A stretch of DNA of 64,000 nucleotides, from assembly GCA_965203445.1 (NCBI GenBank), contig OZ241883.1, forward strand, positions 1,856,001 through 1,920,000, in the 5' to 3' direction. A program made the position numbers and the translations under genes. Source of the DNA: Candidatus Oxydemutator sp. (GTDB lineage: Bacteria; Pseudomonadota; Gammaproteobacteria; Poriferisulfidales; Oxydemutatoraceae). The notes below the pieces were generated by a model that saw only the letters and a list, made by a program, of their open reading frames with translations, was not told the origin of the DNA and did no database searches. Numbering within the stretch: the first letter of the stretch is position 1; each line of letters opens with the position of its first letter. Shown one piece after another: positions 51,645 to 62,193 of this stretch.

Positions 51645-52649
51645 TTGAGCAATTACGTGAACAACTTGCTGAAGCCGCGCATGGCGGACGTGCAGAATAT
51701 ATCCGACACGCAGATGCGCGTTGTATTGGAACCGCTGGAGCGCGGCTTCGGTTATACCCTGGGCAACGCGCTGCGCCGCGTTCTGCTGTCCTCGATTCAG
51801 GGCGCGGCCGTGGTCGAGGCGAGGATAGACGGCGTGTTGCACGAGTATTCGACGATCCCGTCGGTGCAGGAGGACGTCGTTGACATCCTGCTGAATCTAA
51901 AGGGCCTGAACCTCAGGCTGCACGACAAGGACGAGGCCAAGGCCAGCCTGCACAAGGTCGGCAAGGGCGTCGTCACCGCCGCCGATATCGTGACCGACGG
52001 CAGCGTCGAAATCGCGAACGAGGATCACGTCATCGCCCACGTCATGGACAAGGGCGAGCTCAACGTGATGCTGACGATAGAACGCGGCTGCGGCTATCGT
52101 CCGGCCTCGGCGCACGGCTCGGCCGAAGAGGGCGACGCCGTTGGCACCCTGCTGCTGGACGCGAATTTCAGCCCGGTCAAGCGCGTCACCTACAGCGTCG
52201 AGAGCGCGCGCAAGGGCGGGCGCACCAACCTCGACAAGCTGATCGTGGAACTGGAGGCCGACGGCACGATAGGCGCTGAGGAATTGATTCGCCAGGCGGC
52301 CACTATCCTTTACTCGCAGCTCGAGGCATTCGTTGACCTGGAGCAGATCCGCATGGCCGAGGAAAAACACGAGAAAGGCGATCTCGACGACATTTTCATG
52401 CAGCCGGTGAACTATCTGCAATTGACGGTGCGCTCGGAGAACTGCCTGAAGGCGGAGCGCGTCTATTACATCGGTGATCTTGTGCAGCATACCGAGATGG
52501 AACTGCTGAAGACGCCCAACCTCGGCAAGAAATCCCTGGACGAGATCAAAAACGTGCTGGCGGAGCACAAGCTGAGCCTCGGCATGCAGGTCGAGGGCTG
52601 GCCGCCGGCGAATCTGCCGCCGCTGCCGGTACCGCCGCTCAGGAGCTGA
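51645..52649 (+). CDS. rpoA: RNA polymerase alpha subunit
   Basis: [33 protein letters not shown]; TTG start with GGAGAGG upstream. Confidence 0.98.
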   Translation: MSNYVNNLLKPRMADVQNISDTQMRVVLEPLERGFGYTLGNALRRVLLSSIQGAAVVEARIDGVLHEYSTIPSVQEDVVDILLNLKGLNLRLHDKDEAKASLHKVGKGVVTAADIVTDGSVEIANEDHVIAHVMDKGELNVMLTIERGCGYRPASAHGSAEEGDAVGTLLLDANFSPVKRVTYSVESARKGGRTNLDKLIVELEADGTIGAEELIRQAATILYSQLEAFVDLEQIRMAEEKHEKGDLDDIFMQPVNYLQLTVRSENCLKAERVYYIGDLVQHTEMELLKTPNLGKKSLDEIKNVLAEHKLSLGMQVEGWPPANLPPLPVPPLRS

Positions 52650-52665
52650 TTCGGGAGCCGCGGCC

Positions 52666-53064
52666 ATGAGGCACCGCAAAGCCGGCAGAAAGCTGAACCG
52701 CAGCGCCAGCCATCGCAAGCGCATGTTCGCCAACATGGCGGTCTCGCTGATCAAGCACGAGACGATACGTACGACGTTGGCCAAGGCGAAGGAACTGAGG
52801 CGCACGCTGGAACCGTTGATCACGCTGGCCGGCAGCGACGGCGTCGCCGCGCGTCGCCGCGCTTTTGCCCGCTTGCGCGACAAGGAAGCGGTCGGCAAGT
52901 TGTTCGACGATTTGGGGCCGCACTACCGCGACCGTCCAGGCGGCTATCTGCGCGTACTGAAGCACGGCTTTCGCAAGGGTGATAATGCCCCGATGGGCCA
53001 CGTCAGCCTCGTCGGTCGCAGCCCTGCAAACGAAGCCGAAGAGCCGGAAAAGGCCTCCAGCTGA
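52666..53064 (+). CDS. rplQ: 50S ribosomal protein L17
   Basis: [25 protein letters not shown]. Confidence 0.98.
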   Translation: MRHRKAGRKLNRSASHRKRMFANMAVSLIKHETIRTTLAKAKELRRTLEPLITLAGSDGVAARRRAFARLRDKEAVGKLFDDLGPHYRDRPGGYLRVLKHGFRKGDNAPMGHVSLVGRSPANEAEEPEKASS

Positions 53065-53116
53065 CCCGCCGCGCGACACCGCTCATCCGCCCCGCTGTTT
53101 TCTCCTTTGTCCCCGA

Positions 53117-53148
53117 CTCTCCGCCACGGGGAGAATAGGGTATGAGGG
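53117..53148. repeat. Degenerate REP-like hairpin resembling the 1269-1349 element
   Basis: ctctcc..ggaga followed by gggtatgaggg (approximate reverse complement of ccctcacccc). Confidence 0.35.
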
Positions 53149-53454
53149 CGATTTCTCTCAAGTAACCCCGTATGCGTGGCGCAAGCGCCGCTGCGAAAAC
53201 AGGCTTAGTGCCTTGCCCGATCTGACTAGCCGCGACGCTTGGTAGATGGCGGCCGCCGAGTCGCTCGGTCGCCCGCTGGCGGCACTCGACAAAAATCAAC
53301 CATGTCGCCGGCGTCAAATGCAAGGTTATCGCGCCGCTCTGAGGCGGCAGATGAGAGGGGGTTTGCGGAGTTGGTCGGGGCGCGCCCGTCGTAATCGGAC
53401 GCGAAACGCCGCCTGCCCGCGGCACCACCAAGTTATCGGAAGGCGGGTCTGCCT

Positions 53455-53829
53455 TCACCTCGCCCTTTTCGGGCAAACTTGATCGTAGCTCAACGGTTCA
53501 AGCCCATATATATCTCTGAATTTATTGATATTCTTTTCCGTCTCTGAACACTCCACCAAGCGCAGTCTTTCTCTTTTTTCGTGCGAAGAGATTCCCGTGC
53601 CCATTCCCACCCAAAGGAAGACGACAAACACAATCATGAACAAGCACGTAGATACAACGCTGATTTCTTCTTTCCCAAATGCGCGATACAGTGCTATCCC
53701 CGCACCAGTCAAAACTACCGGAAGCACTGCTGCCAAAGCTTCGCCACTGTCAGCCGCAAAGAAGCCAACGGCATAACCGACAAGTGCGGTAGTTATGAAA
53801 ACAAGTGTGATAGTTCTGAAAACCATCAC
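53455..53829 (-). CDS. Hypothetical 3-TM membrane protein (low GC)
   Basis: Three hydrophobic segments plus a C-terminal Cys pair; GTGA overlap with the upstream gene. Confidence 0.65.
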   Translation of the reverse strand: MMVFRTITLVFITTALVGYAVGFFAADSGEALAAVLPVVLTGAGIALYRAFGKEEISVVSTCLFMIVFVVFLWVGMGTGISSHEKRERLRLVECSETEKNINKFRDIYGLEPLSYDQVCPKRAR

Positions 53830-54113
53830 CTGCTTGTTTCTATGATAAGTGCATCCATATAGAGGAACCCTCGCTCTGTGAGAAACTTCAGAGAAGTCAA
53901 TAAATCTTCATCTTCGGCAGTTTTCGCTTTTTTGTAACATTCCTCTTCCCACTCACCGTGCCCCTTACTCTTTATGCAATCTACGAAGCTCTCTGCTGGT
54001 GGGGTGGCGGACTGGTCGAGGTATTTTTCCGGCGAGATGGCCGATTCAGCACCCGCCATACCGCTGAACGCGACGGCAAGCACAAAGCAGAAGGTCTGCA
54101 ACGTCTTTTTCAT
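53826..54113 (-). CDS. Hypothetical secreted protein (low GC)
   Basis: GGGAGGA SD 7 nt upstream of ATG 54113; signal peptide MKKTLQTFCFVLAVAFSGMAGA; Cys pair. Confidence 0.65.
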   Translation of the reverse strand: MKKTLQTFCFVLAVAFSGMAGAESAISPEKYLDQSATPPAESFVDCIKSKGHGEWEEECYKKAKTAEDEDLLTSLKFLTERGFLYMDALIIETSR

Positions 54114-54310
54114 GGCACTGTCCTCCCTTTCCGACAATCAAGGAAAGCCATTGTGGCTGTGGCGCGATTGTAGCACGCGCCGGCCATCCATCCGCCACGC
54201 CGCGGCCGGGTAATTCCCCCTGCCTGGCGGCCCTCCGCCGGACATCTGGTCTATACAGCGGTGCGGTTGTTTTGTCCGGCAGGCCAGGACTTTCTTAAGC
54301 GATTTTATTT

Positions 54311-55144
54311 GAACCTATCTCAAAATCGAATATCTGCTGATTATCGTGTATGATCTATTGCATGGTACGATTGAGCGACGAGCAATGGGAACGCATACGC
54401 AAGCACTTCCCAGAAGAAAACATCCCGCCGGGTCGGGCCGGTCGCAAACCGGTGCCGACAAGAAAAGTTCTCGAAGGCGTCCTGTGGATCCTCAACACGG
54501 GTGCACAATGGAAGATGCTGCCGCAATGTTATCCGAATTACAAAACAGTTCATCGTCGTTTTCAACGATGGTGTATGAACAACACCTTGCGCGATCTGCT
54601 GGTGGACTTGGCTAACGATTTACGCAAGGAAGGGATCGTGGACGAGAGGGAGTGTTATATAGATGGGATGTTTGCCGCGGCCAAAGGGGGTGGCGCCGAG
54701 GTGGGTAGGACGAAGCGCGGAAAAGGCGTCAGAATCATGGCCATAGTGGATAAGCATGGTCTGCCGTTGTCGGTCAGTACGCACGCGGCGAACCATCACG
54801 AAGTGACCTTGGTGCAGTTGAGTTTTGACTTTTACATGATAGAGGCGAAGCCGAAGAACCTGATAGGGGATCGCGCCTATGATAGCGATGGTTTGGATGA
54901 GGAATTGCGCGCTTCGGGGATAGAGATGATAGCCCCGCACAAACGCAATCGTAAGAAACGCAAGACCCAGGATGGTCGCAGACTGCGCCGCTATGAAAGG
55001 CGCTGGATAGTGGAGAGATCTTTTGCATGGCTACAATGGCAACGACGAGTGTTAACACGGTGGGAGTATTACGCGCATAACTTTTTTGGTTTTGTGCAGC
55101 TGGCCGCCATGATGATATTGATTAGGCAATTTTGAGATAGGTTC
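54311..55144 (+). mobile_element. IS5-family insertion sequence, 834 bp
   Basis: Perfect 16-bp terminal IRs gaacctatctcaaaat (54311-54326) / attttgagataggttc (55129-55144); ttattt flanks both ends. Confidence 0.92.
54362..55135 (+). CDS. IS5-family DDE transposase
   Basis: LSDEQWERI, TGAQW..LP..Y..KTVHRRF, IDG, GDRAYDS, RWIVERSFAW; stop codon lies in the right IR. Confidence 0.93.
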   Translation: MVRLSDEQWERIRKHFPEENIPPGRAGRKPVPTRKVLEGVLWILNTGAQWKMLPQCYPNYKTVHRRFQRWCMNNTLRDLLVDLANDLRKEGIVDERECYIDGMFAAAKGGGAEVGRTKRGKGVRIMAIVDKHGLPLSVSTHAANHHEVTLVQLSFDFYMIEAKPKNLIGDRAYDSDGLDEELRASGIEMIAPHKRNRKKRKTQDGRRLRRYERRWIVERSFAWLQWQRRVLTRWEYYAHNFFGFVQLAAMMILIRQF

Positions 55145-55154
55145 TTATTTTTTC

Positions 55155-56000
55155 TTACACTCCCGCTGCTTTCAGGGTGTTTTCTATCAGGCAGGCTACG
55201 GTCATCGGGCCGGTGCCGCCGGGCATCGGGGTGATGGCGCCGGCCACCGTGCGCGCTTCGTCGAAGGCCACGTCGCCGACGATCTTGCCGTCTTTTTCGT
55301 TGACGCCTACGTCCACGACCGTGGCCCCCGGTTTGACGAAGCTTTTTTTGACCAGCTCGGGCATGCCGGCGGCGGCGACCAGGACGTCGGCATCGCGGCA
55401 CACCGCCTCGAGGTCCTGCGTCCTCGAATGGCATACGGTTACGGTCGCATCCACGCCGCGCAGCGCCAGCAGCAAGGCCTGCGGCAGGCCGACCAGGTGC
55501 GAGCGGCCGATGACGACCGCCTTTCGACCTTGCGTCGGGATCTCGTATTCTTCGATCAGGCGCATCACGCCAAGCGGCGTGCACGGCACCAGGTTCGGTT
55601 TGCCGCGCACCAGACGGCCGAGATTTTCGGCGGTCAGGCCGTCCACGTCTTTGGCCGCGGGGATCAGATCTATCACCGCGTCGGTGTCCACGTGGCCGGG
55701 CAGCGGCAGTTGCACGAGGATGCCGTGCACCGAATCATCCGCCCCCAGCTCGCGCACCGCCGCCTCAAGCCGCGCTTGTGCGACTTCTTCCGGCAACTCG
55801 ACCATGTGCGTCTTGAGGCCGCCGCGCGCAGCCATTTTCTGCTTGAGGTTGACGTAGTAGCGGCTGGGTGCGTGGCTGCCTACGAGCACCGTCGCCAGCG
55901 TGACTTCCGGGTTCCCGGCCGCCGCCAGTTTCTCGGCGACGCCTGCGACGATACGCTCGGCGGTGCGTTTGCCGTCGAGCAGCAAGGCTTGCTGCGGCAT
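55155..56000 (-). CDS. folD: Bifunctional methylene-THF dehydrogenase / methenyl-THF cyclohydrolase
   Basis: YxxxK (YVNLK), HGILVQLPLP, KDVDG, PCTP, DVG, ITPMPGGTGPMT; ATG at 56000. Confidence 0.95.
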   Translation of the reverse strand: MPQQALLLDGKRTAERIVAGVAEKLAAAGNPEVTLATVLVGSHAPSRYYVNLKQKMAARGGLKTHMVELPEEVAQARLEAAVRELGADDSVHGILVQLPLPGHVDTDAVIDLIPAAKDVDGLTAENLGRLVRGKPNLVPCTPLGVMRLIEEYEIPTQGRKAVVIGRSHLVGLPQALLLALRGVDATVTVCHSRTQDLEAVCRDADVLVAAAGMPELVKKSFVKPGATVVDVGVNEKDGKIVGDVAFDEARTVAGAITPMPGGTGPMTVACLIENTLKAAGV

Positions 56001-56002
56001 CG

Positions 56003-56926
56003 TCAGGCGCGCGGCTGCCTGTCGGGGTGCAGGTAGATCAGGCTTTTGCCGAGGCGCCCGCCGTAATTGCCGGCGGAGATCATCAGCAATCCGTCGGTAT
56101 CCCTGGAGGCGGCGATCGCGGCCTGGGTCGCCTCGATGATGCAGTCCACGTCGCGCCCGTTCATGATGATTTCCATGACCGAGTGAACGCCTTCGGGCAG
56201 TCCGCATTCGACGCCCGGCTCGTCGCGCAGCAGCGGGCAGAATTTTTCGTAGGTGCTGGCGACGGTGAAGTCGTATTTGCTGCCGGCTTTCGAGCCGCTG
56301 CCGGCGACGCCGCCGGGGAAGGTCGAGATTACGCCGGGCACCGGCAGGATCGCCGCGACGCCTTTTTCCGCAGCCGCAAGCGCCGCGTCGACGTCGCGCC
56401 CGAAGAACCACAGGTTGCCGCCCATCAGGCCGTCGCGGTAGCCGAGCCTGCGGTCGAGTACGAATTCGCCGCCCAATATAGGGATCCACCACATTTTGCG
56501 GCCGTGGCGTTCGATGCGCTTCTGGTAGCCGTTGCCGAAGTAGGCGACCTTGCGTCCCATCTGGAAGTAGTCGTCGCCCTCGATCAGGTTGAAGCACGAG
56601 GCGGTCGGGCAAGTGAGCACGTTCTGGCTGATGCGCACGAGCGCCGCGCGTTCGAGTCTGTCGACGCGGTCTTTCCAGAACTTCGGCGCGTGCAGCTGGA
56701 CGACGGCGCCGGGGCGCCCGTCGGGCGTTTGAAAACTCTCGTCGCCGCCGCGTCCCACGTAGCGGTCCATGCCGGCCTCGCAGTCGCACAGGATCGAACT
56801 CGAGGCGTTGCCGGTGCAGGCTTCGACCGCGTAGTCGAGCCATTTCCGGTCGCGCGCGGTGATCAGGAACTCGACGTGGATGCTCTTGAACGCCTCGGCG
56901 TAGGTGTCGTCTATGATCGCGCCCAT
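56003..56926 (-). CDS. ftr: Formylmethanofuran--tetrahydromethanopterin N-formyltransferase family (Ftr/FhcD)
   Basis: IDDTYAEAF, CDCEAG, TPDGRPG, QNVLTCPT, GGN, FPGGVAGSGSKAGSKY, ISAGNYGGRLG; ATG at 56926. Confidence 0.9.
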   Translation of the reverse strand: MGAIIDDTYAEAFKSIHVEFLITARDRKWLDYAVEACTGNASSSILCDCEAGMDRYVGRGGDESFQTPDGRPGAVVQLHAPKFWKDRVDRLERAALVRISQNVLTCPTASCFNLIEGDDYFQMGRKVAYFGNGYQKRIERHGRKMWWIPILGGEFVLDRRLGYRDGLMGGNLWFFGRDVDAALAAAEKGVAAILPVPGVISTFPGGVAGSGSKAGSKYDFTVASTYEKFCPLLRDEPGVECGLPEGVHSVMEIIMNGRDVDCIIEATQAAIAASRDTDGLLMISAGNYGGRLGKSLIYLHPDRQPRA

Positions 56927-56928
56927 GG

Positions 56929-57567
56929 TCAGCCTCGGCCGCGGCCTTCGTACACGGCCTTCTCGGTGATGACTTTGTCCATGTAGACGTCGTGCGGCGC
57001 GACCAGCACTTGGTCGAACATCTGCGACTCGTAGGCGAGCGCGATCAGCGGGCAGTCGCGGCGGACTTTCTCGAGCAGGCGGTCGTAATACCCTTGGCCG
57101 TTGCCCATGCGCCCGCCGCCTCGGTCGAAGCCGACGCCCGGCACCATCACGACGTCGAGCGTCTGTGGCTCGATCTCCTTGGCCGGGTCGCCCCACATCT
57201 CGCGCGGCGGTTCGAGGATTTTCCATTTGCCGACCACCAGTTCATCGAAGCTCTCCAGGTGAAACAGGCCGAGTTTGTTTTCGCCTTTCTCGTCCACCGT
57301 GCAGTAGGGTACGACGATTTTCTTGCCGCCTTTCTCGATTTCCTTTTTCAGGTGCGGTTTGGTGCGGGTTTCGGAGCGGCAGTCTATATACCACATCGCG
57401 CTCCTGGCGCTCCGGTATTCGGGCAGCGCGATGAATCGTTCGCAGATCGTGGCGCTCACCTCGTCTTTGTCCTCCTGCGCCGCGCGCGCGTCGTAGGCTT
57501 GGCGGCGCATCTTGTTCTTGCGCTCCATGATTTGTTCGAGTTCCTGCGGGGTCGGCGTCATAAGCAT
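56929..57567 (-). CDS. 5-formyltetrahydrofolate cyclo-ligase (YgfA/Fau family)
   Basis: KNKMRR, ILEP, VPGVGFDRGGGRMGNGQGYYDR, PHDVYMDKVITE. Confidence 0.93.
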   Translation of the reverse strand: MLMTPTPQELEQIMERKNKMRRQAYDARAAQEDKDEVSATICERFIALPEYRSARSAMWYIDCRSETRTKPHLKKEIEKGGKKIVVPYCTVDEKGENKLGLFHLESFDELVVGKWKILEPPREMWGDPAKEIEPQTLDVVMVPGVGFDRGGGRMGNGQGYYDRLLEKVRRDCPLIALAYESQMFDQVLVAPHDVYMDKVITEKAVYEGRGRG

Positions 57568-57595
57568 GCTCCTTGTGTCGTTAGTTGCGCAACAT

Positions 57596-57601
57596 TATAA
57601 T
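57596..57601 (+). promoter_or_regulatory. -10 box 7 nt upstream of ATG 57609 (leaderless candidate)
   Basis: TATAAT at 57596-57601, no SD. Confidence 0.5.
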
Positions 57602-57608
57602 CAATTTT

Positions 57609-58514
57609 ATGCCCGGTGCGCGTTTCATCACGTTCGGCGGCGGCAGAAGGTGGCATCGCGCCGCCGACAGGATCGCGCGACAAGCCGAGGCGTTTGATTT
57701 GTTCGATGAGGTGGCTGCCTACACCGCGCGAGACCTGAGACGTTTCACCGATTTCTGGAAACAACACGGCGCGTTCATCCGCGCCAACCGCCGAGGTTAC
57801 GGCTACTGGCTGTGGAAACCCTTTCTGATCCTCGAGAGTCTTAAGCGTATGGAGACCGGGGACATATTGTTCTACGCCGATGCCGGCTGTGAACTCAACG
57901 TGTACGGTCTGGAGAGGATGAAGGATTATCTCAGCTTGTGCTCGGAGGGGAGGATCTTGAATTTTGAACTGAGGAGTAGTATCTCAACGTGGACCAAAAT
58001 GGATACTATCGTGCGCGTTGATCCGCGGTGCCGTCACGCGCAAAAATCGCCGTACGCGGCCACCCTGTTATTCTTTGCAAAGACAAACGCCACTATGGAG
58101 TTGGTCGAGCAGTGGTACGGTTTGTGCACGGAGGACGATTATCGTTACCTGGATGATTCGTCTTCCCACCGGCCCAACCATCGCGACTTTCGCGAACATA
58201 GGCATGATCAGGCGATTTTGTCCCTGCTTGTGCGAAAGCACGGGTTTGGTTCCGCTGTGAGTGTGGCTGAGTGCTGGTTCGGGCCGTGCTCCGTCAGAGC
58301 GCCCCGAGAGGGAAGCCTGTACCCCGTGTGGTTCAGCAAGAACGCAAGCGGCGTCCCCTCTCTCGCATGTTTGACCTTGCACCGTGAGCGGAATCCGAAA
58401 AAGTTTCCATTGCCCGTTTGGGCCTGGTTGCGTTGCAGGCGGCGTTTTGTTGGTGTCAAGGACGCGATGCGCAGCGCCGTCGGAAGGATATTACGAAGGG
58501 TGAGGAGAGGATGA
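57609..58514 (+). CDS. Putative GT-A-like glycosyltransferase / glycan-modifying protein
   Basis: RGYGYWLWKP, DxD-like YADAG, EHRHDQAILS motifs; lower GC than core genes. Confidence 0.6.
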   Translation: MPGARFITFGGGRRWHRAADRIARQAEAFDLFDEVAAYTARDLRRFTDFWKQHGAFIRANRRGYGYWLWKPFLILESLKRMETGDILFYADAGCELNVYGLERMKDYLSLCSEGRILNFELRSSISTWTKMDTIVRVDPRCRHAQKSPYAATLLFFAKTNATMELVEQWYGLCTEDDYRYLDDSSSHRPNHRDFREHRHDQAILSLLVRKHGFGSAVSVAECWFGPCSVRAPREGSLYPVWFSKNASGVPSLACLTLHRERNPKKFPLPVWAWLRCRRRFVGVKDAMRSAVGRILRRVRRG

Positions 58515-58571
58515 AAAAGCGCGATGCCGTTCTAGTATTCAGTATGCGCGTTTCCGCCGTTTTGTCGCCGT

Positions 58572-59024
58572 TCAGTGGCACGCCTTGCCGTATTTCTTAA
58601 GCCGCCAGTAGTTGTAGGGCCACGGGGTCACAAAACCCGCGGCCAGCGCCGGTACGACCGCGGCCGGCGTCAGTCTGGCGCCCCCGGCGATCAGCCAGTC
58701 GGTCGCGTTCATCGCCGTCTCCATCGCCAGCATCGAAAGGAAGCTCATGCCGAGCGCGGTTTTCAACGCCGCGCGCGGCGCCAAGTGGCGGCGTATCAGG
58801 ATCGCGGTCTCAAGCAGCACGCTGGTGGCAAGGCCGTTGATCATCGCCAGCCCCATGATCGCCAGCCCCGGCCACGCGATCTCGTTCAACTGAAAGAACA
58901 GGATCGTGCCGAAGTCGCCGATGGTGCAGCCGATCAGGCACCACATCGTGTTGTAGGCGCTCGCGCCCCACGTGTGGCGACACGTCCAGAACGGGCTTGC
59001 GAACGAGTTTGCGGATGTCGCCAT
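58572..59024 (-). CDS. DUF4396-like membrane protein
   Basis: WCLIGCTIGD, GMSFLSMLAME..MN, GFVTPWPYNYW, C-terminal KACH; TGATG coupling to ilvD. Confidence 0.75.
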   Translation of the reverse strand: MATSANSFASPFWTCRHTWGASAYNTMWCLIGCTIGDFGTILFFQLNEIAWPGLAIMGLAMINGLATSVLLETAILIRRHLAPRAALKTALGMSFLSMLAMETAMNATDWLIAGGARLTPAAVVPALAAGFVTPWPYNYWRLKKYGKACH

Positions 59025-60697
59025 CAGTCGGTAACGGCGCCTTCGGAGGCCGGGCGGACGAGCCTTGCGTACTTGGCGAGCGCGCCGCGGGCGTAGCGCG
59101 GCTTCGGCGGTTTCCAGCGCGCCAGACGCCGCCGGATTTCCGCCGCCGGCAGTTTCAGGTCGAGCTCGCGCTTGACCGCGTCTATCGTGATCGGGTCGTC
59201 GTCGCGCACGATTGCGAGCGGGCCGCCGGTCGCCGCCTCCGGCGTGACGTGCCCGACGACGAAGCCGTGGCTGCCGCCGGAAAAGCGCCCGTCGGTGATC
59301 AGCGCGACGTCGCGCCCCAGGCCCTTGCCCATGATGGCCGAGGTCGGCGCCAGCATCTCGCGCATACCGGGGCCGCCCACCGGGCCTTCACAGCGGATTA
59401 CGACGACGTGGCCTTTTTTGATCGCGCCTTTGAGGATGCTTTTCATCGCCGCCTCCTCGGACGCGAAGACGCGCGCCTTGCCGGTAAAACGCAGTCCCTC
59501 CTTGCCGGTAATTTTGGCGACCGCCCCCTGCGGCGCCAGATTGCCGCGCAATATCACGAGATGGCCATCGGCCTTGATCGGGTCGTCAAACGACCGGATG
59601 ATGCGCTGCCTGGCGGGGTAGGGCGGCGTTTTCGCAAGGTCGCGCGCGAGCGTTTTGCCGGTCACGGTGAGGCAGTCGCCGTGCAGCAGCCCGCGGTCCA
59701 GCAACTGCTTCATCAGCGGGCGGATGCCGCCGATGCGCACCAGCTCGGACATCCAGTAGCGCCCGCTCGGGCGCAGATCGGCCAGCACCGGCACGCGCGC
59801 GCCGATGCGCGCAAAGTCGTCCAACGACAGCGCCACGCCGCATGCGTGCGCCATCGCCAGCAGGTGCAGCACCGCGTTGGTCGAGCCGCCGAGCGCGGTT
59901 ACGACCGTGATCGCGTTCTCAAACGCCTGCGCGGTCATGACGTCGCGTGGCAGTATCTGTTTCCTGACCAGGTTCACGACCATGCGTCCGGCCTCGGCGC
60001 AGTCGCGCGCCTTGTTGCGCGACACTGCGTTTTGGGCCGAACTGCCGGGCGCGCTCATGCCCATGGCCTCGATGGCCGACGCCATCGTGTTGGCGGTGTA
60101 CATGCCGCCGCACGAACCGGGCCCCGGAATCGCGCCGGCCTCGATGTCGTTCAATTCGCGCGCGCTGATCAGGCCTTTGCTGCGCGCGCCGACGGCCTCG
60201 AACACCGTGACCACGTCGGCTTTTTTGCCGGCGGCGCGTCCCGGCAGTATGGTGCCGCCGTAAATGAACACGCCCGGGCGATTCAGGCGCGCCAACGCGA
60301 TCATGCAGCCCGGCATGTTCTTGTCGCAGCCGCCGATCGCGACGACGCCGTCGAAGCCCTCGCAGGCGACGACCGCCTCTATCGAGTCGGCGATGATCTC
60401 GCGCGATACCAGCGAGTATTTCATGCCCTCGGTGCCCATCGAGATGCCGTCGGAGACGGTGATCGTATTGAACACGACGGCCTTGCCGCCGGCGCGGTCT
60501 ATCGCGCGCGCGCTCTTGTCGGCCAGGCCGTCTATGTGCACGTTGCACGGCGTGACCTCGCTCCAGGTCGAGGCGACGCCGATTTGCGGCTTCTTGAAGT
60601 CGGCGCCGGTGAAGCCGACGGCGCGCAGCATCGCGCGACTCGGCGCGCGCTCGAGGCCGTCGACCACGGCGGCGGAATATTTGCGGGCTTTGTTCAT
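59024..60697 (-). CDS. ilvD: Dihydroxy-acid dehydratase (PCN Cys present, [2Fe-2S]-type signature)
   Basis: [37 protein letters not shown]. Confidence 0.97.
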   Translation of the reverse strand: MNKARKYSAAVVDGLERAPSRAMLRAVGFTGADFKKPQIGVASTWSEVTPCNVHIDGLADKSARAIDRAGGKAVVFNTITVSDGISMGTEGMKYSLVSREIIADSIEAVVACEGFDGVVAIGGCDKNMPGCMIALARLNRPGVFIYGGTILPGRAAGKKADVVTVFEAVGARSKGLISARELNDIEAGAIPGPGSCGGMYTANTMASAIEAMGMSAPGSSAQNAVSRNKARDCAEAGRMVVNLVRKQILPRDVMTAQAFENAITVVTALGGSTNAVLHLLAMAHACGVALSLDDFARIGARVPVLADLRPSGRYWMSELVRIGGIRPLMKQLLDRGLLHGDCLTVTGKTLARDLAKTPPYPARQRIIRSFDDPIKADGHLVILRGNLAPQGAVAKITGKEGLRFTGKARVFASEEAAMKSILKGAIKKGHVVVIRCEGPVGGPGMREMLAPTSAIMGKGLGRDVALITDGRFSGGSHGFVVGHVTPEAATGGPLAIVRDDDPITIDAVKRELDLKLPAAEIRRRLARWKPPKPRYARGALAKYARLVRPASEGAVTD

Positions 60698-60716
60698 CGG
60701 TCGCTTGCGGGAGGCG

Positions 60717-60722
60717 ATTATA
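60717..60722 (-). promoter_or_regulatory. -10 box for ilvD (short leader)
   Basis: TATAAT on minus strand, 19 nt upstream of ATG 60697. Confidence 0.45.
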
Positions 60723-60924
60723 ACCGCAACGCCCGTGGGCGACCTTTCCTCTGAATCAGGGCCGCGGTCATTGAGAGAGACTCCATTGTATCAGGCCGCT
60801 TTCTCCGGCAAATACGGCCGCCGCAACACGGCCCGACGAACTATGCGGCCTGAGGTGATGGCAGGGATGACGCCGCAATGATGGGAAATCTCACGTGGCG
60901 TGGTCCTGAATTATGGGGCATAGG

Positions 60925-62100
<1,176 letters not shown>

Positions 62101-62163
62101 CGGGATTCGGATCGGATGGGCATCTTGGATGTTCGGGCATGGTGGCTTTTGCGCGCGATCTTA

Positions 62164-62193
62164 TCAATCAAAGGCGAGTCAATCAAAGGCGAG
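62164..62193. repeat. Perfect 15-bp tandem duplication including the egtB stop codon
   Basis: tcaatcaaaggcgag at 62164-62178 and 62179-62193. Confidence 0.9.

Noticed and set aside
53246-53482. 78-aa ORF with QMQGYRAAL resembling the QxxxY motif of RecB-type nucleases
   Set aside because: Single short motif with no upstream PD-(D/E)xK; overlaps the neighbouring gene end; not enough to call a pseudogene
54223-54290. Imperfect long hairpin (cctggc..gccggaca / tgtccggc..gccagg) left of the IS; similar inverted repeat near 60791-60853
   Set aside because: Short GC-rich arms, no U-tract and no second copy in the window; may be chance
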